A stretch of 32,000 nucleotides of DNA from Pyrolobus fumarii 1A (lineage in GTDB: Archaea > Thermoproteota > Thermoprotei_A > Sulfolobales > Pyrodictiaceae): assembly GCF_000223395.1 (NCBI RefSeq), contig NC_015931.1:210001-242000 (forward strand). The letters are read 5' to 3'. The notes beneath the pieces were generated by a model. The model saw nothing but the letters and a program-made list of their open reading frames with translations. It was not told where the DNA came from and did no database searches. Shown here piece by piece: positions 7,239 through 15,816 of the stretch (its first letter is position 1; each line of letters starts with the position of its first letter). A program made the translations under genes and the position numbers.

Positions 7239-8010
7239 CAGGGTGAGTAACGTGGAGACCCTGAGCATAGACCCTAGGCTTGCTGGAGCGAGACTCATGC
7301 TCTCCAAGGTTAAGAGGATAGTGCTTGTCATGGGCTCTAAGGGTGGGGTGGGGAAGACCCTAATTGCGACGCTGTTAGCCCTCCAGGCGGCAAGGCTCGG
7401 CCTGAGAGTAGGCCTACTGGACCTAGATGTGACGGGCCCATCGGCTCACGTCGTGCTAGGTGTAGACCCTAGGGGCGTCCAGCCGGAGGAAAGGGAGGGC
7501 GTAGTCCCCCCGGAGGTTGCCAGAGGTCTACGTTTCATGTCGATCGTGTTCTACACGTGGGGCAGGCCTACACCCCTACGTGGCGAGTCCGTCGACGAGG
7601 TAATCAAGGAGGTACTGGCGGTCACTAATTGGGGCGAGCTAGACCTCCTGGTGGTCGACACGCCGCCGGGCCTCCGCGACGAGACACTAGACGTACTCGA
7701 GTACCTACCCAACCCCCATGTCGTTGCCGTAACGACACCCTCGAAGCTAGCACAGGCTGGCGTCGAGCGTCTACTAGCGCTGCTAGCGGAGCAGAGGGTA
7801 CCGCGCTACCTAGTGGAGAACATGGCTAGGAACGGTGGCGTGGCGAAGCAGCTAGCCGAGCGTTACGGCGCCGAGTATCTAGGCGTAGTGGGGTACGATC
7901 CGAGCGTAGAGGACGCCATCGGCAGTATAGAGAAGCTGCTGGCGACGCGTGTGGCTAGGGACGTGGAGCGTGTCACGCGCTCGCTGCTAGGGAAGCTTGG
8001 CCTAGCATAG
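7225..8010 (+). CDS. Mrp/MinD (ParA-type) P-loop ATPase, candidate ATPase-type HypB
   Basis: 261-aa ORF with a deviant Walker A (GSKGGVGKT) and Walker B (LLVVDTPPG). It overlaps the hypA stop. Possible starts are GTG 7225, 7243 or 7252. Confidence 0.75.
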   Translation: MARGSRVSNVETLSIDPRLAGARLMLSKVKRIVLVMGSKGGVGKTLIATLLALQAARLGLRVGLLDLDVTGPSAHVVLGVDPRGVQPEEREGVVPPEVARGLRFMSIVFYTWGRPTPLRGESVDEVIKEVLAVTNWGELDLLVVDTPPGLRDETLDVLEYLPNPHVVAVTTPSKLAQAGVERLLALLAEQRVPRYLVENMARNGGVAKQLAERYGAEYLGVVGYDPSVEDAIGSIEKLLATRVARDVERVTRSLLGKLGLA

Positions 8011-8075
8011 CCTTGGCGGAGCTACTAGCGTATTTCCAGGATTCTATTCAGGGTACGCAGCTGGTCGAGTAGCGG

Positions 8076-9650
8076 ATGAGTGTGTCCAAGGGAAGGTTCC
8101 AGCATCGCGTGTTGATGCTCGGAATTGATGGTCTCTCTGTGGATGTTTACAAGGCTCTACGGGGTCACGGGTACCTACGCTCGCTCTCGCAGCTAGAGTC
8201 TCGCGGTGTAACAGGTTCTGTTCCAATGGTGCCTCCATTCACGCCGCCGATGTGGACGAGTATAGTTAGTGGCGTGAACCCGGGTAAGCATGGCATCTAC
8301 TACTTCTTTCTGACCGACGAAGTAGGGAGACCGATACGCGTGCACATGGCGACAGATGTGATGCGCCCCAGGATACACGATATAGTATCTTACCATGGTG
8401 GTGAGAGTCTAGTTGTAAACCTACCGTTCTCCTCGTGGCCCCTCATACCATTCCGTGGTGCGCTGATATCCGATTGGCTCTCTCCCAGGGATTACGCCAA
8501 GCCAGAGTGGCTCAACGAGCTGTACAAGAAGGTCCTTGGCGAAGTCTCGAGAGAGTACTCGAAGCGCAGCGAAATATGCGGTCTACTCGCTCACGATATG
8601 GCGCTGATAGAGACGGTGGCTCGTGCATCGCGAAGAGGCCTGTTGAAAGACAAGGCGTACGTGTTCATAATGATGCGGTTTGTGGATGCAATTGTGCATG
8701 GCCATCCCGACGAGATCTACAATCCGCGTGACGATTGCCTAAGACACGTGTTAGGGGCATTCGACGAGCTTATGGAGGAGGTTTTGATCCCAGAATTCAT
8801 GGACAATGGGCTCATCCTCATCGTGAGTGACCATGGTGTCGACAGAGCCTCTTATCGAGTATCGATACCGAGGATACTCTATGACTACGGGCTCGTCAAG
8901 ATCCGGCTCAAGAAGGTGTCTGAGAGCCTTGCTAGAGAAACAGGAGGCAAGGAGCCGCTGGTAGCGCGCCTTGTAAACATGCTAATGAGGAACCGGATCA
9001 CGGGCAAGATTGTGACGCGCATCGGAAGAAAGGTGATGACATGGTTCCCGCGGCTCCGCAGGGTTGCAGTGCACGTCGAGAGGCCCACCATCGACGAAGA
9101 GAATAGCCCCGTGGTGATGCCTCACGAGTGGAGTATGGGAATCTATGTGAACACTAGAGTAGTGGATGACGTGAAAAGCGTTGTTGAAAGGGTAAGGGAG
9201 GCTCTCGAGGAGTTTCAGCGCGAAACCGGGCATCACTTCGCCTATAGTATCGACTTGGGCCGCGGAGGCATATTCCACGGTCCCTATGTAAACCGTGCGC
9301 CACACATCGTAGTGTCGCCGAGGAGAGGGTACAGCCTGGCCTCCGCGAACATCTATGCGCCGCCAGTAGACCCGGTTGATGGCCGTATAGGGGACCACCA
9401 TCCGGCGAACATGCACCTAGTGGTAGCGCCCAGTGGAGACCCGATGCTAGAAGAGGCGGCACGTCACATCAAAGAGCCGTGGGACTATGCTGTTATTGCG
9501 CTTCTTGCACTTGGTTTGCCCTTGCCGCACGACACGGACTCTAGGCTCTGCGAGAGGCTCGGCATAAAATGCGAGTATACCAACTACAATACGAGGTACA
9601 TGATATCGCGTAGGCTAGCAATGAAAACCGGCAGTGGTGTCCCACACTAA
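8076..9650 (+). CDS. Alkaline-phosphatase-superfamily protein (type I phosphodiesterase/nucleotide pyrophosphatase-like)
   Basis: 524-aa ORF. Contains MLGIDGLS, PPFTPPMWTSIVSGVNPGKHGIYYF and LIVSDHGV, all typical of the AP/NPP superfamily. Confidence 0.65.
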   Translation: MSVSKGRFQHRVLMLGIDGLSVDVYKALRGHGYLRSLSQLESRGVTGSVPMVPPFTPPMWTSIVSGVNPGKHGIYYFFLTDEVGRPIRVHMATDVMRPRIHDIVSYHGGESLVVNLPFSSWPLIPFRGALISDWLSPRDYAKPEWLNELYKKVLGEVSREYSKRSEICGLLAHDMALIETVARASRRGLLKDKAYVFIMMRFVDAIVHGHPDEIYNPRDDCLRHVLGAFDELMEEVLIPEFMDNGLILIVSDHGVDRASYRVSIPRILYDYGLVKIRLKKVSESLARETGGKEPLVARLVNMLMRNRITGKIVTRIGRKVMTWFPRLRRVAVHVERPTIDEENSPVVMPHEWSMGIYVNTRVVDDVKSVVERVREALEEFQRETGHHFAYSIDLGRGGIFHGPYVNRAPHIVVSPRRGYSLASANIYAPPVDPVDGRIGDHHPANMHLVVAPSGDPMLEEAARHIKEPWDYAVIALLALGLPLPHDTDSRLCERLGIKCEYTNYNTRYMISRRLAMKTGSGVPH

Positions 9651-9681
9651 AACAAGAGGTCTCTACGTCCCTGTGCACGCC

Positions 9682-12600
9682 CTACTCGAATACAATCGCG
9701 GGTCTCATTGGGAGTGCGGCCTTTATCTTGGCGGGTGGCACCTTGCCCTCCGCCTCAACAGTCTCCATGACCTCTATCTTCTCGACGCCAACAGCCTTCT
9801 GTATGACGCCAACCAGCTCCTCTATCACGTGCTTCTCGTCTAGCGCCTCAGCCTCGGCTATGAGCCTCCTAGTGTAATCGTCTAGGCTCATTGCGAACTC
9901 GTATAGCTTGCGCGCCTTCATGGCAACCTCCTTACGGAGCTTAGGATCGTCAACTTCGGCCAGTACCTCTTGGATGAACTCGCGTTGCGGCTTCCTCTCA
10001 GAGGCGGCTGTCACAGCCTTCTTCAGCAGGCTCCACTCCTCGCGTGGCACTATCACTATCTTCATCACACGTGGCTTGGACTTGAGGACCCTCAGTATAT
10101 CGCGTGCGTCATCCACCAGGCGCCTGACATACTGGAAGGCGAGCTCGGCCTGCGGGTCGCGTAGCTCCTCCTCTATCTTTGGCCACTTGGCGGTTGATAC
10201 GAAGCCTTCGCCACCCAGCATCTGCCACAGCTCCTCAGCTATGAACGGGGTTATCGGCGAGAGCATGACAATCCACTCGGTGAGATACTTGCGGAGCACC
10301 CATGCGGCCTCTGGCGTCGTGCCACGCACCTCGAGGTAGCGGTTGACGTCCTCGACCATCTCGTAGAGTAGTATTATGCCTGCCTCTCTCAGCCTAAGAT
10401 TCTCATACGCGTTCGTTACGCGCTCCTTGTGGTACTGTAGTCTGGAGAGTAGCCACCTATCTGCTAGCGTGAGCTGCTCGGGGCGCCTCCGCTCTAGGCT
10501 GACAACGCTCTTCGCGATATCGTATATCCTCTGGAGCCTACCCAGCACGCTCATAGCGAGACCGTGGGTGAAGTTAACATCCTGCAGCAGCTCGGCGCCG
10601 ACGATCAGCGAGGCTCTCATGACGTCTGGGCTGTAGACGCGTATAGCCTTGCGCAGTGGTATTATGTTGCGTAGGCTCTTGCTCATCTTCTTGCCCGCTA
10701 GCAGCACGAGACCGTTAACCACGATTTGGCGTGGCCACTTCTCTCTCGGGAAGATAGCTGCGTGGTTGAAGATGAAGAATGTCAGGTGGTTTGGCACTAG
10801 GTCGCGGGCGCTGTGCCTCGAGTCGAGCGGATACCAGTATTCGAATTCCTCACGTAGCTCCTTAAGCACCTCTACAGGTATACCGGTCTCCTTCGACACC
10901 TTCTTGGGGTCACCGCTCCCAAGGAGCACATAGTCCCAGAAGTTCACGGTGAGCTGCTCTGGCTGCAGACCATACTTCCTTATCTTGTGTATGACGGTGT
11001 AGAACGCCATATAGATTGTTGAGTCACTTAGAGACTCTATTATCCAGCCCTTAGCCCATGGCAGCTCTGTACCGAGGCCTCTTGTTCTCGCGCAGGCCCT
11101 CTCATGCAGCCAGTCTATGGTCTTCTCGAACTCCTCGCGCATCTCCGGCGGGACTATCCTCATTCTTGCAAGTGCCTCGCGGGCGAGCTTCTTCCACTCG
11201 GGGTCGCCATAGTTTATGAACCACTGGTCCTCGAGCACCTTGACAACTATCTCGGTGCCACAGCGGCAATAGACAGGCTTGTTCATAACCTCGTACATTA
11301 TGTCGGCGTAGCCTATGGCCTCTAGCCACTTCTTGGTAGCCTCGCGGGCCTCTGGTACCGGCTTCTCAGCTATCCAGGCCTTCACGGCGGCAATGGCATA
11401 ACGGCGATACTCCTCTGGCAGATGGCGAAGAGCCAGGCCGATAATATCGCTCCTCATCACGCCGTGGTGGTACTCATCGCTGTAGAGTTTCTTTGTCGCC
11501 TCTTCGAGTAGCTTGCGCTGTTCCTGGCTGGTTATGCCCATATCCTCGACTATCTGCTTAGCGGGTACCTCCTTGTAGCCTCGCACGCTTATCACTGGAA
11601 TAGGCTCTAGCTCCGAGGAATCGACACCAAGCTTCTCGAGAAGCTCCCTACCCTGCTCGCTCTCAAGGAGGTCGCGCAGAGCAGCATAGTCGAATGGCGC
11701 GTGCGCAGGGACGCTCATCACTATGCCGGTAGCAGTGTCGGGATCCACGAATGTGGCTGGGAGTATCGGGACCTTCCTGCCAGTAGCGGGGTTCAGAAGC
11801 CTCTTACCCAGCAGCTCCTCGCCCTTCAGCTCCCGGATTACCTCTACACGGCGCCTCTGATAACGTAGTTTAAACGCAGCCCTCTTACTCACTACCCACC
11901 GCTCGCCGTCAACATCCACCTCGACATACTCGGCCCTCGGGTTGACCCACACATTGGTCACGCCGAAGACTGTCTCAGGGCGTAGCGTGGCCGCCGGGTA
12001 GACTCTACCCTCATCGTCAATGAACTTTATGAGGGTAAACTCGCCTATCTCGGGCTCAACATCGTTCTTCGTGTCATGCATGCCAACAGGCATCTCGTGC
12101 TTCGGGCACCAGCCGACGGGGTGAGTACCGCGAGTCAGCAGGCCCTTAGAGCGCAGCCTCTCAAACTGCCAAACCACGAACTTCTTGAACTCCGGGTCTA
12201 CTGTTGTGAACTCCCTCCTCCAGTCTATGCTATACCCCATCTCCTTCATGCCGGCCTTGATATCCTCGTGGAAGTACCTGGCTAGCTGTAGCGGGTCCTT
12301 TAGCTTCTCAAGGTCCTCCTTAGGCACGCCGTATACATTCACCATTATGTCTATGAGCTCCTTATCACCCTCGGCGATAGCCTCGGCCATCGTGATTATC
12401 GGGGTGCCAGTATAGTGGAAGCCCATCGGGAACAGGACGTTGAAACCGCGTAGCCGCTTGTACCTCGCGTAGACATCGGCTATGGTGTAGGTTCTACCAT
12501 GGCCTATGTGTTGTGGGCTGTTGGGATAGGGGAACGCGGCTGTGACGAAGAACTTGGGCTTCTCGGGGTTGGGGTCAGCCTCGAATACTTTGGCTTCCTC

Positions 12601-12687
12601 CCAGCGTGCCCTCCACTTATCAGCTATCTTCACCAGCAGCTCGGCGAACTCGTTGATGGGTCTATCTTCGGCAACAGTCCTCATCAC
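9682..12687 (-). CDS. leuS: Leucyl-tRNA synthetase, archaeal type
   Basis: 1001-aa ORF with the HIGH motif (PQHIGHGR), KMSKS (GKKMSKSLRN), and a CP1 editing-domain-sized insertion. Confidence 0.9.
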   Translation of the reverse strand: MMRTVAEDRPINEFAELLVKIADKWRARWEEAKVFEADPNPEKPKFFVTAAFPYPNSPQHIGHGRTYTIADVYARYKRLRGFNVLFPMGFHYTGTPIITMAEAIAEGDKELIDIMVNVYGVPKEDLEKLKDPLQLARYFHEDIKAGMKEMGYSIDWRREFTTVDPEFKKFVVWQFERLRSKGLLTRGTHPVGWCPKHEMPVGMHDTKNDVEPEIGEFTLIKFIDDEGRVYPAATLRPETVFGVTNVWVNPRAEYVEVDVDGERWVVSKRAAFKLRYQRRRVEVIRELKGEELLGKRLLNPATGRKVPILPATFVDPDTATGIVMSVPAHAPFDYAALRDLLESEQGRELLEKLGVDSSELEPIPVISVRGYKEVPAKQIVEDMGITSQEQRKLLEEATKKLYSDEYHHGVMRSDIIGLALRHLPEEYRRYAIAAVKAWIAEKPVPEAREATKKWLEAIGYADIMYEVMNKPVYCRCGTEIVVKVLEDQWFINYGDPEWKKLAREALARMRIVPPEMREEFEKTIDWLHERACARTRGLGTELPWAKGWIIESLSDSTIYMAFYTVIHKIRKYGLQPEQLTVNFWDYVLLGSGDPKKVSKETGIPVEVLKELREEFEYWYPLDSRHSARDLVPNHLTFFIFNHAAIFPREKWPRQIVVNGLVLLAGKKMSKSLRNIIPLRKAIRVYSPDVMRASLIVGAELLQDVNFTHGLAMSVLGRLQRIYDIAKSVVSLERRRPEQLTLADRWLLSRLQYHKERVTNAYENLRLREAGIILLYEMVEDVNRYLEVRGTTPEAAWVLRKYLTEWIVMLSPITPFIAEELWQMLGGEGFVSTAKWPKIEEELRDPQAELAFQYVRRLVDDARDILRVLKSKPRVMKIVIVPREEWSLLKKAVTAASERKPQREFIQEVLAEVDDPKLRKEVAMKARKLYEFAMSLDDYTRRLIAEAEALDEKHVIEELVGVIQKAVGVEKIEVMETVEAEGKVPPAKIKAALPMRPAIVFE

Positions 12688-12900
12688 CCGGAGTGTCTCA
12701 CTGTCTAGCTGCCCTTGCAGTCTTAATCACCCTTCCTCTCCGCGGGAATACCGAGACTTAAACGCCTACTAGCTACGTGCGTTAGGTCAGCCGAACTGTA
12801 ATATTTAGCTTATTCAACTCGTTTAACATGTGAATGGTAAAGGTTAGAAACTGACACTCCGGGACGGCAGACCGTGGAGTGGCCGTAGGGCCGATGCCCT

Positions 12901-13515
12901 ATGGTCGAGTACGTCTTCAAAACCATGCGTCAAATCGTAGACTTCGTGACCAAGGCAATGGAGTTGATTAAGCGCGAGCAGGTAGAGCGCATGATAGAGA
13001 TACTTGTCGAGACTTACAAGTCTAATGGTCGCTCCAAGATACTAGTCATGGGTGCCGGTAGGAGCGGGCTTGTTGGCCGCGCCTTTGCCATGAGGCTCCA
13101 CCACTTAGGCTACAACGTGTACGTGCTCGGAGACACTATTGTGCCACGTATAGGCGAGCGGGACGTCGTTATAGCCATCTCCGGATCAGGCTCGACTAAG
13201 CTAATAGTCACGGCTGCCGAGGCCGCAAAGAAAGTCGGTGCAAAGGTAATCGCGATTACAAGCTATCCTGATAGTCCACTCGGTAGGCTAGCGGATGTTG
13301 TTGTAGAGATACCGGGCAGGACTAAAACAAAGCGTGAGGAGGAAGACTACTTCGCGAGGCAGATCCTGGGTATACACGAGCCGTTGGCGCCCCTCGGCAC
13401 GCTCTTCGAGGACACTGCTATGATATTCCTGGATGGTGTCGCCGTCGAGTTGATGCACCGTCTCGGTAAGACCGAGGAAGACTTGCGCGCAATGCATGCA
13501 AACATCGAGTTGTAG
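12901..13515 (+). CDS. hxlB: 6-phospho-3-hexuloisomerase (SIS domain)
   Basis: 204-aa ORF. Contains [65 protein letters not shown]. Confidence 0.75.
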   Translation: MVEYVFKTMRQIVDFVTKAMELIKREQVERMIEILVETYKSNGRSKILVMGAGRSGLVGRAFAMRLHHLGYNVYVLGDTIVPRIGERDVVIAISGSGSTKLIVTAAEAAKKVGAKVIAITSYPDSPLGRLADVVVEIPGRTKTKREEEDYFARQILGIHEPLAPLGTLFEDTAMIFLDGVAVELMHRLGKTEEDLRAMHANIEL

Positions 13516-13608
13516 CGTTGTATTGTAACCAGGTAGGATTGTAGCGTTACACCCTTTAAACACTAGGTTTTTGCGGTGGCGCGTGTCAACCAGGGTGAGG
13601 AAAGCGCC

Positions 13609-14187
13609 TTGTACATGGTTGCGCGTGTAGAGGATGTCGTGAGAATCCCGCCAAGCCTCTTCCACCTGCCGTTGAAGGAGGCAGCGTTGCGAGTGCTCAG
13701 ACAGAAGTATGAGGGGCGCGTAGACCGCGAATTAAAAGCAATTATAATCACTGTTCTTAATGTTGATGTGGAAGAGATGGGGCGTATAATCCCGGGTGAC
13801 GGCGGAACCTGGCACCGTGCGACATTCGATCTGCTCCTGTTCCGCCCAGAGCAAAACGAGGTTGTCGAAGGGCGTGTTGTCGAGGTGGTCGAGCACGGTA
13901 TATTTGTGGATCTTGGGCCACTCGACGGCTATATACACGTTTCGCACATCTCGCAGCGCAGAGTCACCATTGACGTCGCCAACGGTATTGTGATAGAGGA
14001 GGGTACGAATAGGGTACTTCGCAGGAATGACGTCGTGAGGGCTAAGGTGCAGGCAGTGTCGTTCAGAGTCAGGCCGCACCAGAGGCCAAGAGTGAGCCTC
14101 ACGATGAGAGGGTGGTTGCTAGGTAAGCTAGAATGGATTGAAGAGGAGTTGAAGAAGAGTGGTGCATTACCCGAAGCGAAAGGATGA
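13609..14187 (+). CDS. rpo7: DNA-directed RNA polymerase subunit Rpo7 (E')
   Basis: The ORF-track ORF starts at GTG 13576. The canonical N-terminus (M)YMVARVEDVVRIPP fits TTG 13609 or ATG 13615. The C-terminal part is an S1-like domain (VVEGRVVEVVEHGIFVDLGPLDGYIHVS). Confidence 0.85.
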   Translation: MYMVARVEDVVRIPPSLFHLPLKEAALRVLRQKYEGRVDRELKAIIITVLNVDVEEMGRIIPGDGGTWHRATFDLLLFRPEQNEVVEGRVVEVVEHGIFVDLGPLDGYIHVSHISQRRVTIDVANGIVIEEGTNRVLRRNDVVRAKVQAVSFRVRPHQRPRVSLTMRGWLLGKLEWIEEELKKSGALPEAKG

Positions 14188-14203
14188 GATGGAGGTGTAA
14201 GCC

Positions 14204-14431
14204 GTGTCCGCCGCAACTAGAAGGACTAAAAGAGCGCCCTTCAGGGCGTGCAGGTCGTGCCATGCGCTAGTACCCAAAGAGGTTGACCGATGTCCCTACT
14301 GCGGCTCCACAGACCTAACGGAGGAGTGGGCGGGAGTCGCGATAATACTAGATACGGAGAAGAGCGTACTCATCAAGTACATGCCGGTTCGCGTTGAGAA
14401 ACCGGGGCGATACGCAATCCGTGTCTACTGA
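14204..14431 (+). CDS. spt4: Transcription elongation factor Spt4 (RpoE'')
   Basis: 75-aa ORF with the zinc ribbon CRSCHALV...CPYCGS. It sits directly downstream of rpo7, the conserved archaeal arrangement. Confidence 0.8.
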   Translation: MSAATRRTKRAPFRACRSCHALVPKEVDRCPYCGSTDLTEEWAGVAIILDTEKSVLIKYMPVRVEKPGRYAIRVY

Positions 14432-14462
14432 GCGTGGGCCTTGTCCCTAGCCGGGAGCCTAG

Positions 14463-14999
14463 GTGGAGCTTTTGCATGTCGCATCGCCCCCTCCGGGTTA
14501 TTGTCTAGAGCCTAGCGAGGAGCTACGCGAGTACATGCGTCGTAGCAAGTACCTCGCGTACAATACTGCAGAGTTGAGCGAACTCAGCAAAAGAGACGAT
14601 AGACTGGCGGTTATCGGCGATTATACCGCAAGGCTTATGCTCAAACATGGCCTACATCCACACATCGTTATCATAGATTGTCTCACTAGACGCGAGCGGA
14701 TAGAGTGTATCAATGCTCCGCCGGGATACAGGGTAGTTCGCGCATGGAATCCGCGCGGGTACATATCGTGGGACTCGTGGAGCGTTATAGCAGAAGCGTG
14801 GGAGCGCAGCAACCCTACAATGATACTAATAGAGGGAGAGGAGGATCTCACAGCAATACCAGCCATCATAGAGGCGCCTGACGGCGCAGTGATAGCCTAT
14901 GGTGTCCCCTGGTCGGGATTGGTAGTCGTTGAAGCTGACTGGGCACGCGCAGTTGCGTTACACATTGTGAATGCATCAATGCTTGTAAAATGTAGATAG
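14463..14999 (+). CDS. DUF359 protein, GTP-dependent dephospho-CoA kinase family
   Basis: 178-aa ORF. Contains VIGDYTA, IIDCLTRR and IEGEEDLTAIPAI. It occupies the conserved position after rpo7-spt4. Confidence 0.7.
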   Translation: MELLHVASPPPGYCLEPSEELREYMRRSKYLAYNTAELSELSKRDDRLAVIGDYTARLMLKHGLHPHIVIIDCLTRRERIECINAPPGYRVVRAWNPRGYISWDSWSVIAEAWERSNPTMILIEGEEDLTAIPAIIEAPDGAVIAYGVPWSGLVVVEADWARAVALHIVNASMLVKCR

Positions 15000-15153
15000 C
15001 AATACGACCGGTATATGCGAATACACGTACGTTTACGCGGTTCTGTAACGAGTGTAAAAAGATTAGTTGGAATCTGATATTATTAACGAATGTTTGAGTA
15101 ATTGTCTACTCGCCACCTAGCTAACCTTCTAAAGCACATTCGGCTCAAGTCAA

Positions 15154-15162
15154 GGTATAAGA
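15154..15162 (+). promoter_or_regulatory. TATA-box-like element (GGTATAAGA) for the V4R gene
   Basis: Centred about 31 nt upstream of ATG 15189 within an AT-rich spacer. This is consistent with a short-leader or leaderless transcript. Confidence 0.4.
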
Positions 15163-15188
15163 TGCTGGAGTAACGTGCGGGGTGATAC

Positions 15189-15683
15189 ATGGTGTGCGTC
15201 CAGCTTTTAAGCGAGAAGCGTGAAGGACAGCAACAATTGCAGACTGTAAGTGGCGAGCGCGTGTTCATAATGCCTGCTGTATTCTACAAAGCGATATTCG
15301 AGGCGCTGCAAAGCGTTGCGGGTGCAGCTGCAAGAAGCTTGATGTACTATATTGGTGTGAAAGCGGGCCGGGCAATGGCAAAAGACGCGTTGAGAGTTAG
15401 GAGCGGTACGGAGAACATAGACTCTGTAAGGGCTATCGCGGAAATCCTGGAGGCCATGGGTGTAGGTAAGCTTGAAAGCGTGGAGAAGGCGGGGTCTGCT
15501 GTAAAGCTTGTGTTGAGTAATACGTTATCCGGGGCCCTAGGGATAGATGGGGGCGAAGGTTGCCATCTTGAGCGTGGACTAGTAGCGGGCATGATGTCCG
15601 AAATGATAGGTAAACGTGTAGTTGTGAAACAAGCGCAAGGCGAGAAGGGCAAATGCGTATTTGAGGTTGAGGTTACAGGCTAG
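15189..15683 (+). CDS. V4R (4-vinyl-reductase-like) domain protein
   Basis: 164-aa ORF. Contains GERVFIMPAVFYKAIFEAL, YYIGVKAGR, and the C-terminal block CHLERGLVAGMMSEMIGKRVVVKQAQGEKGKCVFEVEV, typical of V4R small-molecule-binding domains. Confidence 0.6.
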   Translation: MVCVQLLSEKREGQQQLQTVSGERVFIMPAVFYKAIFEALQSVAGAAARSLMYYIGVKAGRAMAKDALRVRSGTENIDSVRAIAEILEAMGVGKLESVEKAGSAVKLVLSNTLSGALGIDGGEGCHLERGLVAGMMSEMIGKRVVVKQAQGEKGKCVFEVEVTG

Positions 15684-15714
15684 GTTCTCGGCGTGGGTGT
15701 GAGGACACCCCCAC

Positions 15715-15816
15715 TCAACCGACAAGCATCGCTAGAATGAGGAGACTAGTCCCGCCCCCACCGACCCATACAACTTCTACCACCCTATCGTTTTTGTAGG
15801 ATGCGAATCTACTCAT
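15715..15816 (-). CDS. 33-codon micro-ORF translationally coupled (ATGA) to the upstream ATPase gene
   Basis: Hand translation gives MSRFASYKNDRVVEVVWVGGGGTSLLILAMLVG*. Its ATG overlaps the TGA of the 15813-17435 gene. The C-terminus is hydrophobic. There is no homology evidence. Confidence 0.2.
   Translation of the reverse strand: MSRFASYKNDRVVEVVWVGGGGTSLLILAMLVG

Noticed and set aside
9908-12772. Many 60-140-aa plus-strand ORFs across the leuS region. Similar antisense ORFs lie inside the methyltransferase, E1, MoaDE, ATPase, pst, PAPS-reductase and hydrogenase genes.
   Set aside because: All are antisense or out-of-frame shadows of long ORFs that have strong family signatures. Their translations are Ser/Leu/Arg-rich, with no motifs.
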